Positions 37,905 through 48,461 of a stretch of DNA of 64,000 nt are shown here, in pieces. Made by a program: the position numbers and the translations under genes. Position 1 is the first letter of the stretch. Each line of letters opens with the position of its first letter. Source of the DNA: Bacteroidota bacterium (lineage in GTDB: Bacteria > Bacteroidota > Bacteroidia > UKL13-3); the NCBI GenBank assembly GCA_947453415.1, contig CANGGG010000003.1, forward strand, positions 22,562-86,561. Reading direction: 5' to 3'. Below the pieces are notes generated by a model. The model had not been told where the DNA came from. It was given only the letters and a program-made list of their open reading frames with translations, and searched no databases.

Positions 37905-37943
37905 AACCCTGATTATTGAAAGATAATCAGGGTTTTTTATTTT
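37905..37943 (+). terminator. rho-independent terminator
   Basis: AACCCTGATTAT(TGAAAG)ATAATCAGGGTT forms a stem-loop followed by T6. Confidence 0.65.
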
Positions 37944-37989
37944 AGGAAAAGTATTAATTCGAAACAAATTTGATTTACATTTGCCAATT

Positions 37990-39234
37990 ATGACAAGCAA
38001 TAACATCAACTCAAGCAAAAGCGATTATTTTATAGCATTAGAAGACCAACATGGTGCACATAATTACCACCCAATTCCAGTAGTAATTGAAAGAGCCGAA
38101 GGTGTTTTTATGTACGATGTAGATGGAAAAATGTATTTCGATTTTCTTTCGGCATACAGTGCCGTTAACCAAGGTCATTGCCATCCGCGCATCATAAATG
38201 CCATGATTAATCAGGCTCAAAAACTAACTTTAACAAGCAGGGCTTTTCATAATAATATATTAGGCGAATACGAACAATTTATTACCAATTTATTTGGTTA
38301 CGATAAGGTTTTACCCATGAACACAGGCGTAGAAGGTGGCGAAACTGCCATTAAATTAGCCAGACGTTGGGGATACGATGTAAAAGGGATTCCAGAAAAT
38401 AAAGCAGAAGTTATTTTTGTAGAAGGAAACTTTTGGGGTAGAACAATGGCAGCTATTTCATCAAGTAATGATCCAAGTAGCTTTCAAGGATTTGGTCCAT
38501 TTATGCCAGGTTTTAAACTAGTTCCTTATAACGATTTAGCTATTTTAGAAGAAACATTTAAAGCCAATCCTCATATTTGTGCTTTCATGTTTGAACCTAT
38601 TCAAGGTGAAGCGGGAGTTGTTGTTCCTCACGAAGGATACTTACAAGGAGTGCGTAATTTATGCACGAAATACAATGTGTTAATGATTGCTGATGAAGTT
38701 CAAACTGGACTTTGCCGTACGGGCAAAATGTTAGCCTGCGACCATGAAAACGTAAAACCCGATGTATTAATTTTAGGCAAAGCACTTTCGGGCGGAACCA
38801 TGCCAGTGGCAGCTGTTTTAGCTAATAATGAAGTAATGCTAACTATAAAACCTGGGGAACATGGAAGTACTTATGGCGGAAATCCCTTGGCCTGTGCAGT
38901 AGCAATAGAAGCGCTGAAAGTATTAACCGAAGAAGGTTTGGCAGATAATGCCGAAGCAATGGGAATTATATTCAGAGAAAGAATAGCTGAGTTAATGCAG
39001 CAAACTAATTTAGTGAAACTGGTTCGTGGACGAGGATTGTTAAATGCAATTGTTATTATGCCGTTTGGCAATGGTAAAACTGCTTATGATGTTTGTTTAG
39101 CTTTGAAAGATAATTTATTATTAGCCAAACAAACTCATGGTGATATCATTCGTTTTGCACCGCCACTTACTATTACAGCAGCTCAAATGCATGCCGCTTG
39201 CGATATCATAGACAGAGTAATTTTAAGTTTGTAA
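37990..39234 (+). CDS. rocD: ornithine aminotransferase (class III PLP aminotransferase)
   Basis: [17 protein letters not shown] and the overall aminotransferase motifs fit ornithine aminotransferase. The ATG at 37990 is preferred. Confidence 0.85.
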   Translation: MTSNNINSSKSDYFIALEDQHGAHNYHPIPVVIERAEGVFMYDVDGKMYFDFLSAYSAVNQGHCHPRIINAMINQAQKLTLTSRAFHNNILGEYEQFITNLFGYDKVLPMNTGVEGGETAIKLARRWGYDVKGIPENKAEVIFVEGNFWGRTMAAISSSNDPSSFQGFGPFMPGFKLVPYNDLAILEETFKANPHICAFMFEPIQGEAGVVVPHEGYLQGVRNLCTKYNVLMIADEVQTGLCRTGKMLACDHENVKPDVLILGKALSGGTMPVAAVLANNEVMLTIKPGEHGSTYGGNPLACAVAIEALKVLTEEGLADNAEAMGIIFRERIAELMQQTNLVKLVRGRGLLNAIVIMPFGNGKTAYDVCLALKDNLLLAKQTHGDIIRFAPPLTITAAQMHAACDIIDRVILSL

Positions 39235-39238
39235 TCAA

Positions 39239-40732
39239 TTAAAATAATTTTTTCCAAAATATTTTTCTATTTATAAAACTATATTTATAAGCAAAATACA
39301 AATTTGCACCATACAAATTTTGCAAACCAAAAGTTTCCCCAAATCGATCGGTGCCAATGGTTACATATTTATACCTAATGGCTAAACCTAAGTTTATGTC
39401 TTTATATTCATTTAAAATAAAAGGCAAGCAAATTGTTAATTTTTCATTTTCATATCGCGGAATAATAGCAACAGTATTCATTCTTGACAAGGAAGGCATT
39501 TTGGCTAAAGTAATTCTTTGAACTATAGTAGCATTTACATAAAAAATAGCGTTCAAATTATAGTCATATTGCAAGCTAATAGCACTTGGGAGTATTAACC
39601 AAAAACTATTAAAAGTTTGCGTTTTTTCTGCTCCTACATAACTTCTAAGCGTAGCATCCATTACCGAAATATCGTATTTGGCAATCGTATCAAATTTGTT
39701 CCAATTCAAACTTCCATTTATAATATTAGTAGCCAATGAATTTTTAAAATACTGAATAGCGCCAATATCTAAAAGCGAAATGCCAGCTTTCCAATCATAC
39801 ACTTTTGTATTATTTCCATATTGATATAAATTCGGACAATAACGAGTGCCTGCAGCAGCATTTTTCTGAACGGAATAGCCAATGTCAAAGCAAGATCCAA
39901 TACCATTTAGCGAAACGCTACTATTTGAAGTATTTTTAAAATTTTTACTAGTTGATGGACCCGAATAAGCATAAGAAAAATTAGAGCTATCAAAAATTAA
40001 TTTATTTCCATCATCATTCCAGCCGTTGTATCCATTATCGTAGATATATCCGCCTGCTATTCCAAAAAGTGCTTTTACCGTAAAACCCAAACGATACGTA
40101 TACTTATAGTTGTCATTAATTACATGTGCGTAACTAAAACCAAGCTCGGCCCAACTTCCAAATGAAACTTTGGTGTTTTCCATTTTAATTTGTTGGTATC
40201 GAATTGGAGAATATGTTAGCCCCTCAAAAACAGAGGTAGCTGATATTGTATTCATGTTAGTTACACTTAAATGAGTTTTAAAAGCAGTAGTGATAGCCAA
40301 TGATGTTTTTCTGCTAATAGCAAATAAAAAAGAAGGCCCTAACACATTTACTCCGCCAAAAACATAAGCATTTGGTTGAAAATCTCTTATCAGCAAAAGA
40401 TTTCCCGGTTTAAATGAATCTGTAGTAAACTTATGATTATCAAACCTAAGCCTATTAAAGTTATGATTGAAACCTAATTTAGGAACAAAAGTAGCAGGAG
40501 TAAAAAAATCATTATTGTTTATATAAACATCAGCCCCTAAAACATTAAACTCATAAGTTACAGGTTGAAAACAAATATTCGCAGGATTAATTTGCAAACT
40601 ATATAAACCCGCATAATTACCTGTAGTTAACCCAAATTGGTTTTGAGCTTTGGTATTTAAATAAAAAAAACAAAAAATTACTACAAAATAGTTTTGTAAA
40701 AATAATCGAAAATTGTTTTTAATAATAACCAT
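39239..40732 (-). CDS. putative outer-membrane beta-barrel protein
   Basis: It has a signal peptide (…YLNTKAQ), a beta-rich Gly/Tyr/Asn-rich composition and a C-terminal …FWKKLF. Confidence 0.45.
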   Translation of the reverse strand: MVIIKNNFRLFLQNYFVVIFCFFYLNTKAQNQFGLTTGNYAGLYSLQINPANICFQPVTYEFNVLGADVYINNNDFFTPATFVPKLGFNHNFNRLRFDNHKFTTDSFKPGNLLLIRDFQPNAYVFGGVNVLGPSFLFAISRKTSLAITTAFKTHLSVTNMNTISATSVFEGLTYSPIRYQQIKMENTKVSFGSWAELGFSYAHVINDNYKYTYRLGFTVKALFGIAGGYIYDNGYNGWNDDGNKLIFDSSNFSYAYSGPSTSKNFKNTSNSSVSLNGIGSCFDIGYSVQKNAAAGTRYCPNLYQYGNNTKVYDWKAGISLLDIGAIQYFKNSLATNIINGSLNWNKFDTIAKYDISVMDATLRSYVGAEKTQTFNSFWLILPSAISLQYDYNLNAIFYVNATIVQRITLAKMPSLSRMNTVAIIPRYENEKLTICLPFILNEYKDINLGLAIRYKYVTIGTDRFGETFGLQNLYGANLYFAYKYSFINRKIFWKKLF

Positions 40733-40851
40733 AAATTATGATACAATTTTAAATTATTTTAATCATTAAACACCATTGAATTTAATCAATTTTTAAAATT
40801 AGTATTAAAAAATATAGGCATAAAATAAAATGAAACATTTTTTTTTATTTA

Positions 40852-42945
40852 TTACCTTTTAAAGGCAGCTTTTCCATCATCTAAAAATTTCACAAAGGCA
40901 GCTTCGTCAGTGTCATAAAAACGAGGAGAAGTAAGCACTTTTTCATTTCCATCAATTAATACATATTGTGGTTGAGCCGAAAAATTATATTTAGAAATTT
41001 GCAAATCTTGATTTTGTCCACCAATGGTTTTCTTTACCTTTCCATCTCTGGCCGAAGTATACCATTCGTTTTCAGGTAATTCTTTGCGTTCGTCAGCATA
41101 AAGCGAAACAATGATATAATCGTTTTGTAAGCGCTTAAGCACTTCTGGCTTGGCCCAAACATATTCTTCCATTTTACGGCAATTCACACAAGCATGGCCT
41201 GTAAAATCAACAAATAATGGCTTGCCAGTTGCTTTTGATGCAGCTAATGCTTCTTTGTAATCAAAATATCCTGTTAACCCGTGAGGCAAATGTAAAAAAT
41301 CGGCATGTTTTGCATATACAGTGGATTGGTTGATTGGTGAATTGGTGGATTGTGAATGATTATTTTCAGCACCTAATATAAAATCTTGCGTTTGCATAGG
41401 TGGCAACAATCCCGAAAGTGCTTTTAATGGAGCGCCAAATAAACCAGGAATCATATAAACACCAAAACAGAATGAAATAACTGCTAATCCAAATCGAGGA
41501 ACACCTATAAAAGGCATATCGCTATCGTGGCTAAACTTTAATTTTCCTAACAAATACATTCCTAATAAAAAGGCAATTACAATCCAAATGGTCAAATAAA
41601 TTTCTCTGTCTAATATTCCCCAATGGTAAACTACATCGGCAGTAGAGAGGAATTTAAATGCAAAAGCAATTTCAATAAAACCCAAAACTACTTTCACTGA
41701 ATTAAGCCATCCACCGCTTTTAGGTAGGTTTTGCAACCAACTTGGAAAAACAGCAAATAAGGTAAACGGCAATGCCAAACCAAAACCAAAAGAGGCCATT
41801 CCTAATAATGGTTTTATAAATTTTCCACCCACCGCTTCTATGAGTAAACTTCCTACAACCGGACCTGTGCAACTGAAAGAAACCAAGGTTAAAGTAAATG
41901 CCATAAAGAAAATTCCTGCAAAATTTCCCATGCTACTTTTAGAATCTATTTTATTGACAAATGCGTGAGGCAATGTAATTTCAAACATACCTAAAAACGA
42001 TGCTGCAAATACCAAGAAAATGACAAAGAATAAAACATTTGGCAACCAATGTGTACTTAACCAATTTCCAAAATCTGGTCCTAAACCAAAAAACGCAAAA
42101 ACCAATCCTAGCGATGCATAAATTCCAATTATAGAAATTCCAAAAGTGATAGCTCTTGTAATTCCTTCGGCTCTAGTACTACTTTTTTTAGTAAAAAAAC
42201 TAACAGTCATTGGCAACATTGGAAATACACAGGGTGTGGCTACTGCAATTAATCCACCTAAAAATGCCAAAATTAAAAAGCTAAAAAAACTTTCGGTTGC
42301 TGGTTTTGATAATGGAATTGCTGCTGTAACTTCTGTTTTTGATAATGTATCTTTTTTTGTTTCTGAAGCAATATTTGTTGAAGTATCTGTTGTTGAAATT
42401 ACATTTTCAGTATTTTTAACATCCGTATTATTTTCAATTATAGTTTCATTGGAAGTTGTAATTTTTAAATTTTTTACTTCATATTCTTGTTCATAAGGCG
42501 GCATGCACATACCAGTAACTTCTGAGCATTCTTGAAAATATAGTGCTACTTTTATTTTTGGATTTGCTGTTAATATTTTTACTTTTTGAATAAACTTTGC
42601 AGTTCCTTTCATGGTGCTTACTGTTCCTGGCCAAACTTCTTCATAATGCTTATGGCTTCCTATTGGTATAGTTTTGCCCACTAATTGGTATGATTTATCT
42701 TTGGACCATGTAAATTCGGCAGTAATTGGACCTAAATTGGGATCCATATCATTGCTATACATATACCAATCTTTTTCAATTACACTGGTTAAAACAATGT
42801 CTATTTCATCGCCAATATTTGCTGCTGTTTTACTGCTTGTTATTTTCCAAACAGGTGTATTTTTTAATTGAGCAAATAAATTAGAAAAGGCAAAACTGAA
42901 AAGTATGGTTACTAAAAATACTAATTTGTTTTTGGTTTGAATCAT
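40852..42945 (-). CDS. dsbD: thiol:disulfide interchange protein DsbD
   Basis: An N-terminal periplasmic domain is followed by a CcdA-like TM core with the CVFPMLP motif and a C-terminal thioredoxin domain with CVNC. Confidence 0.85.
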   Translation of the reverse strand: MIQTKNKLVFLVTILFSFAFSNLFAQLKNTPVWKITSSKTAANIGDEIDIVLTSVIEKDWYMYSNDMDPNLGPITAEFTWSKDKSYQLVGKTIPIGSHKHYEEVWPGTVSTMKGTAKFIQKVKILTANPKIKVALYFQECSEVTGMCMPPYEQEYEVKNLKITTSNETIIENNTDVKNTENVISTTDTSTNIASETKKDTLSKTEVTAAIPLSKPATESFFSFLILAFLGGLIAVATPCVFPMLPMTVSFFTKKSSTRAEGITRAITFGISIIGIYASLGLVFAFFGLGPDFGNWLSTHWLPNVLFFVIFLVFAASFLGMFEITLPHAFVNKIDSKSSMGNFAGIFFMAFTLTLVSFSCTGPVVGSLLIEAVGGKFIKPLLGMASFGFGLALPFTLFAVFPSWLQNLPKSGGWLNSVKVVLGFIEIAFAFKFLSTADVVYHWGILDREIYLTIWIVIAFLLGMYLLGKLKFSHDSDMPFIGVPRFGLAVISFCFGVYMIPGLFGAPLKALSGLLPPMQTQDFILGAENNHSQSTNSPINQSTVYAKHADFLHLPHGLTGYFDYKEALAASKATGKPLFVDFTGHACVNCRKMEEYVWAKPEVLKRLQNDYIIVSLYADERKELPENEWYTSARDGKVKKTIGGQNQDLQISKYNFSAQPQYVLIDGNEKVLTSPRFYDTDEAAFVKFLDDGKAAFKR

Positions 42946-43042
42946 GATTGAAAAATAAAAGTGTACATGGCAAATGTAAAAGTATTTAGCAAAAAATGAT
43001 GTAACAAATATTACATAATATGTAATACCAATTACAATTCAT

Positions 43043-43078
43043 AAAAAAACCCTGATTTTAATCGAAAAATCAGGGTTT
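43043..43078 (-). terminator. rho-independent terminator downstream of the skp pair (minus strand)
   Basis: AACCCTGATTTT…AAAATCAGGGTT forms a stem, and the minus strand has a T-run after it. Confidence 0.6.
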
Positions 43079-43095
43079 AAATTTCTAAATATAAA

Positions 43096-43653
43096 TTATT
43101 TTTGAGGAGCTACTTGTCTAGGAGGTGCAATTGGAGCATCAACTAATCCAAGTTTCTTTTTTACAGCTGGAGTAATATTATCACCATCTGGTTTGTATAA
43201 CATACCTGCTGAATTGGCATCAAAAACATAAGAATAACCAACTTCTTTGGCTACCTGAGCAATTGCGGTTTTAGCTTTTTCAACGATTGGTTTTAACAAA
43301 TCAGCTTCTTTTTTTCTGCTTTCTTCTTGTGCTGATTGTTGAAATTCTTGAATACGTTCTTGTAATTGGCGTAATTCTTTTTCTTTAAACTCACGCATGG
43401 TTGCGGTAGTTGTGTTTGCCGATTTATCAAAATCTTCGTATTTAGTTTTGAATTCAGCTTGTAATTTTCCTAAATCTTCTTCTAATTGTTTTTGGTATTT
43501 TTCCATATCAGTATTGGCTTTTTTGTACTCAGGCATTGCCACCATTACTTCTTGTAAATCTACGTAACCTAGTTTTTGAGCATTTGCTACAAAAAATCCT
43601 CCGCAAAGTGCAAATACCATTGCCAATGCTACTTTTCTAATGATTCTCTTCAT
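43096..43653 (-). CDS. OmpH/Skp family periplasmic chaperone
   Basis: It has a signal peptide and a coiled-coil Lys/Glu-rich body with the KLGYVDLQEV motif. Confidence 0.85.
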   Translation of the reverse strand: MKRIIRKVALAMVFALCGGFFVANAQKLGYVDLQEVMVAMPEYKKANTDMEKYQKQLEEDLGKLQAEFKTKYEDFDKSANTTTATMREFKEKELRQLQERIQEFQQSAQEESRKKEADLLKPIVEKAKTAIAQVAKEVGYSYVFDANSAGMLYKPDGDNITPAVKKKLGLVDAPIAPPRQVAPQK

Positions 43654-43694
43654 TTTGTTTATTTGTTTTTGTTTATATATTATTTGATTTAAAA

Positions 43695-44264
43695 TTATTT
43701 TTGAGGTGCTGGATTTTCTGGTTTTAATTGGTTTTTGCTACTTTTATCAATTGCTATGCCAAGTTCTGCTAACACTTCATTACTCATGTCGTATTTTGAA
43801 TTGGTGTAAAGCATTACTACTTCACCACCTTTTGCAAATATAAAATCATAAGCCCTTGCTTTTGCCGTTTTTTGAATGGCATTATACACTTTATCTTGAA
43901 TTGGTTTTACTAGCTCTTGACGTTTTTTAAATAATTCACCTTCAAAACCGAATTTTTTATTTCTAAAATCGCGTAAATCATTTTGTTTAGTTTTTAATTC
44001 TTCAGCACGTTTTTTCTTCATTTCATCACTCATCAAAATTTGCTCCGCATTGAATTCCTTTTCAGCTTTTTCCAATTCAAGCATTTTTTGCTCCATTTCC
44101 TTTTGCCAATCTTCACTCATGGCATCTAACTGTTTTTGTGCCGATCTGTATTCTGGCATCAAATCTAAAATATATTCAGTATCAACGTATGCAAATTTTT
44201 GTGCAATTGATTTATTGGCAAATAATGCCATGAATATTACAATTAAAATGATTATTTTTTTCAT
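43695..44264 (-). CDS. OmpH/Skp family periplasmic chaperone (second paralog)
   Basis: It has a signal peptide, the KFAYVDTEYIL motif and a coiled-coil body. Confidence 0.85.
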   Translation of the reverse strand: MKKIIILIVIFMALFANKSIAQKFAYVDTEYILDLMPEYRSAQKQLDAMSEDWQKEMEQKMLELEKAEKEFNAEQILMSDEMKKKRAEELKTKQNDLRDFRNKKFGFEGELFKKRQELVKPIQDKVYNAIQKTAKARAYDFIFAKGGEVVMLYTNSKYDMSNEVLAELGIAIDKSSKNQLKPENPAPQK

Positions 44265-44304
44265 GATTACTAAAACTTATTTTTTTTGTTTTTAGTTTAA
44301 ATTT

Positions 44305-46836
44305 TTAAAATTGTTGACCTATTAAAAAATGGAAATTACCTCCATTTACGCCTGGTCTTAATGGAATATCATCTATCCCCCAACCATAATCCAAACCAAT
44401 CATTCCAAACATTGGAAGGAAAATTCTTACTCCCATTCCATAACTTCTGTATAATTTAAATGGATTAAAATCTCTAAAATCTAATTGCGCATTTCCTGCT
44501 TCAGCAAAAACCAAAGGAAACACAGTAGCTTGAGGATTTAATGAAATTGGATAACGTAATTCCATGGTAAATCTGTTATAAACAGTTGCACCTTTAGGCT
44601 GAATAACATTAGTATTTGGGTCAGTATATAAAGGTGTTAAAGTATTGTCTTGATATCCACGTAAAGCCACTAATTCTCTACCATCTAAGTTAAATCCTGT
44701 TAAACCAGCTCCACCCACCCAAAAGCGTTCAAATGGAGTAATTGCTAAAGCATTATTATACCTTCCAATAGCGCCAAAATTTACACGGGTCATAAATACT
44801 AAATCACCAAAAATTCTATTAAAAAATGTGGCATCAAATTTCCATTTATGGAACTCTAACCATCTTAAATTAGTTGAAGTAAGCGACTCCTTATCAAATA
44901 TTAATGAATAAGGCGGAGTGAGCTGTAACGACAATGAAATATTAGAACCTGTTCTTGGGTAAATAACTTGATCGGTTGAATTTCGACTCAGCACCATTTT
45001 AAAACTAACATTATTAGAAACACCCGCGCCAATAGATGAAATATATGGTTGAGGAGGAGTTGTGCCAACGCTGTCGCTATATTTATGATTGTATTGCTGA
45101 AAACTACCCGAATACGACAACACAAAATAATCATCAGGCCATTTTAAACGTTTTCCAATTCCTACAGTTAAACCTGAGGTAAATAAACCTGTACTTCTGG
45201 CATCTTCACTTGCATATCCATTTGTTTGGCGCGAATGAAAAAGCGAAACACTTAATGCGTTTGGTCTTTTTCCTCCTAACCAAGGTTCGCTAAATGAAGC
45301 GGAATAAGATTGGTAATAAGTTCCATTGGTTTGCGCTCTTAAAGAAATACGTTGACCATCGCCACTTGGAATTGGATTCCAAGCACTTGATTTGGTTACT
45401 TTTCTTGCCGAAAAATTATTAATAGTTAAACCTAAAGTTCCAATAATCATTCCTGCACCCCAACCTCCCGACAATTCAATTTGATCGTTTGCGCGTTCTT
45501 CTACTTTATATTCTATATCTACGGTTCCAGTTGCTGGATTTGGAACTGGATTTACACCCAATGCTTCTGGGTTAAAATAACCTATTTGGCTTAATTCGCG
45601 TAAACTTCTAGTAATATCACTACGGCTAAATAACTGACCTGGTTTTGTTCTTAACTCACGTAAAATAACATGGTCGCTGGTTTTAGTATTACCTTTAACA
45701 GTAACTTTATTTATTCTTGCTTGTTCACCTTCACTGATTCTAATTTCTAAATCAATGCTGTCGTTTTCAATTAAAACTTCTACTGGTTCTATTCTAAAAA
45801 ACAGGTAACCATCGTCCATATAAAGCGTGCTAATATCTAAACCCTGCTGACTCATATTTAAGCGTTGATCAAGCAAAGTTTGGTCATAAATATCACCTCT
45901 GTTTATATTCAAAACTCTGCTCAAATCTTCATCTTTGTATTTTGAATTTCCAATAAATTTGATATTTCTAAAATAGTATTTCAAACCTTCATTGATTACT
46001 ATTTTGATATTTACATTTTGGTCGTTTCCTCGCCAAACAGAATCTGAAGCTATTTGAACATCGCGGTAACCCATGCTCAAATATTTTTCTACAATTTTCT
46101 TCTTGTCTTCAGTAAAATTATCATCTATAAACTTTGATTTAGCAAATAGCCTGTGCTTCCACTTAGTATCTTTCATTTGACCTCTTACTTGCTTGTCGGT
46201 TAATGCAGTATTACCAATTATTTCTATTTGGTCAATCTTTATTTTTGGGCCAGGTGTTACAAATATTTTTAATTTATTGGTGTTTTTTACCCCATTGTAA
46301 TCTGTCAATTCAAATTTTACTTTTGTATCAGAACGACCTTTATCGGCAAAGAATTTTTTTATTTCTCTTTCAATTGTTACCAATAAATTTTGATTAATAA
46401 TTTGACCCGCTTTAATGGTCAAATCATTGCTAATATCTTCGGCTTTTCCTTTACGAACGCCAATAATACTAAAAGTAGATAAACGCGGTTTTTCTTTTAA
46501 AACTAATTCCAACCAAATTCTATCATCTTCAATTTTTTGAACCCTAATTTTTACGTCATCAAATAATTTTTGTTTCCAAAGCGAAGTAATTGCTTTGGTA
46601 ACATCATCGGAAGGAATTTTAATTTTTTGACCTAAAGTAATTCCGGAAATAATTTGTATTACACTTTTATCGTAATAACTGGTTCCCAAAACTTCAAAAC
46701 CAGCCACAATATATGTTTTAGCAGCGCCATAATCTATGGTTGCGTAATTACTAGGTATTATACTGTCAGTTTGTGAAAAAACTGGCTTTATAAAAGTAAA
46801 AATTATACATGCAAAAATTGCAATTTTTTTTATCAT
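44305..46836 (-). CDS. bamA: outer membrane protein assembly factor BamA
   Basis: It has POTRA repeats plus a C-terminal Omp85 barrel ending …FLIGQQF. I place the start at the ATG at 46836 (MIKKIAIFAC…). Confidence 0.9.
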   Translation of the reverse strand: MIKKIAIFACIIFTFIKPVFSQTDSIIPSNYATIDYGAAKTYIVAGFEVLGTSYYDKSVIQIISGITLGQKIKIPSDDVTKAITSLWKQKLFDDVKIRVQKIEDDRIWLELVLKEKPRLSTFSIIGVRKGKAEDISNDLTIKAGQIINQNLLVTIEREIKKFFADKGRSDTKVKFELTDYNGVKNTNKLKIFVTPGPKIKIDQIEIIGNTALTDKQVRGQMKDTKWKHRLFAKSKFIDDNFTEDKKKIVEKYLSMGYRDVQIASDSVWRGNDQNVNIKIVINEGLKYYFRNIKFIGNSKYKDEDLSRVLNINRGDIYDQTLLDQRLNMSQQGLDISTLYMDDGYLFFRIEPVEVLIENDSIDLEIRISEGEQARINKVTVKGNTKTSDHVILRELRTKPGQLFSRSDITRSLRELSQIGYFNPEALGVNPVPNPATGTVDIEYKVEERANDQIELSGGWGAGMIIGTLGLTINNFSARKVTKSSAWNPIPSGDGQRISLRAQTNGTYYQSYSASFSEPWLGGKRPNALSVSLFHSRQTNGYASEDARSTGLFTSGLTVGIGKRLKWPDDYFVLSYSGSFQQYNHKYSDSVGTTPPQPYISSIGAGVSNNVSFKMVLSRNSTDQVIYPRTGSNISLSLQLTPPYSLIFDKESLTSTNLRWLEFHKWKFDATFFNRIFGDLVFMTRVNFGAIGRYNNALAITPFERFWVGGAGLTGFNLDGRELVALRGYQDNTLTPLYTDPNTNVIQPKGATVYNRFTMELRYPISLNPQATVFPLVFAEAGNAQLDFRDFNPFKLYRSYGMGVRIFLPMFGMIGLDYGWGIDDIPLRPGVNGGNFHFLIGQQF

Positions 46837-46926
46837 TTGTTTATAACGAAATAAGTGGTGCATAGTTACTTTTTAAAACCAATTTGAATTTTAAATCAGC
46901 AATCAACTATTCCGCTTTCTCTTTTT

Positions 46927-47673
46927 TTAGTTTGAATTTAATTGTTCAGATGTTTTGCCAAATCTGCGTTCTCTTTGCTGATAATCATAAATGGCATCAT
47001 ACAAATCTTCTTTTGAAAAATCAGGCCAAAGTTTGGATGTAAAATAAAGCTCGGCATAAGCTAATTCCCAAAGTAAAAAATTACTAATTCTTTGTTCTCC
47101 ACTTGTTCTAATCATTAATTCTGGATGTGGCATTTCGCTGGTCGATAAATGTTTATCTATCAATTGGTCATTTACGTCATCTATCGTTATTTCATTATTT
47201 TTTACCTGCGTTGCAATGCTTTTTATTGCATTTACCATATCCCATTTTGCACTGTAACTAAGTGCTAAAACCATTGTCAACCCATTATTATTTTTAGTTG
47301 CATTAATGGTTTCTTGTAATTGAATTTGGCATTTGGCAGGTAAATCGTTCATATTGCCAATCGATGCTAATTTGATATTATTTTTTTGAAGCGTTGGTGT
47401 TTCTTTTCTAATGGTATCAACTAATAATTCCATCAAAGCATCCACTTCTTTTTTGGGTCTGCTCCAATTTTCAGTACTAAAAGCATAAAGAGTAATAAAC
47501 TTAATTCCAATTTCAGCTGCGGCTTCGGCTGTATCTCTTACTGCAGTTACCCCATTGTGATGTCCAAAAATTCTGAATTTACCAAATCCTTTCGCCCACC
47601 TACCATTGCCATCCATGATAATGGCAATATGTTTTGGTAATTTATTTTTATCTATTTGATCTTTTTTCGACAT
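46927..47673 (-). CDS. uppS: isoprenyl transferase (undecaprenyl diphosphate synthase)
   Basis: It has the HIAIIMDGNGRWAK and ELLVDTIRKE cis-prenyltransferase motifs. Confidence 0.9.
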   Translation of the reverse strand: MSKKDQIDKNKLPKHIAIIMDGNGRWAKGFGKFRIFGHHNGVTAVRDTAEAAAEIGIKFITLYAFSTENWSRPKKEVDALMELLVDTIRKETPTLQKNNIKLASIGNMNDLPAKCQIQLQETINATKNNNGLTMVLALSYSAKWDMVNAIKSIATQVKNNEITIDDVNDQLIDKHLSTSEMPHPELMIRTSGEQRISNFLLWELAYAELYFTSKLWPDFSKEDLYDAIYDYQQRERRFGKTSEQLNSN

Positions 47674-47871
47674 ATCTTGATTTTAGCAAAATCGGACGAA
47701 AATAATAAAATTGTTTGAATCAAAAAGCAGAAAAATGATTAATGAAATATGATTGTTTTAAATGAATAAAAACAAGTACAGGATTTGACAATGAAAATAT
47801 GTGTTGTTTTAAACACAAATAGCTGTAAACAAGGGTTTACAGCTATTTGAATATTATATTTTTTAAGTTAT

Positions 47872-48354
47872 TTATTCCATTCCTCTAAGCATTGGACTAG
47901 TTCCCCAAGGTATTCTTGATAAAATTAAAAGTAAACCTAAACCATAATAAACCAAACTTCTCATATGTTTACTTGAATCTTCATATGCTTTTTTGCTTTT
48001 TATTCTACCTAATTGAATCAGCACTACTGCTATAATATTAGTTAAGGGATGCTCTATTACCAAAGCTCTCTTTACACTATCTTTCATGAAAACCGATGCT
48101 CCTTGCGATAAAGCTTGTTGCACATTTGGACTAATGAACCATAGTATTAAACCTAATAACAACATAGTATGCGTTAAAGCTATTAAAATTTTAGCTGCTG
48201 TATTCTCCTCTTTTCCAAAAGGTTTGTTATTTATTTTACCATTCAAAGAACGAATAATTGCATACAATGCAGCAAATAAAAATGCCCATCTTAACCAACT
48301 GTGAATCAATAATAATGTAGAATATCCCATAAATTTTTTAATTTGTTTGTGCAA
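47872..48354 (-). CDS. hypothetical polytopic membrane protein
   Basis: A 160-aa protein with about four predicted TM helices and no recognisable domain. Confidence 0.4.
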   Translation of the reverse strand: MHKQIKKFMGYSTLLLIHSWLRWAFLFAALYAIIRSLNGKINNKPFGKEENTAAKILIALTHTMLLLGLILWFISPNVQQALSQGASVFMKDSVKRALVIEHPLTNIIAVVLIQLGRIKSKKAYEDSSKHMRSLVYYGLGLLLILSRIPWGTSPMLRGME

Positions 48355-48461
48355 TTATAAACACCCAAATCAATTTATTTGTTTCAGTAATAAACAGTTT
48401 TATACACTTTTTTAAAATTGTGTATGTTGTATTCTAATTCATTTTAATTTAATTTGTTTTT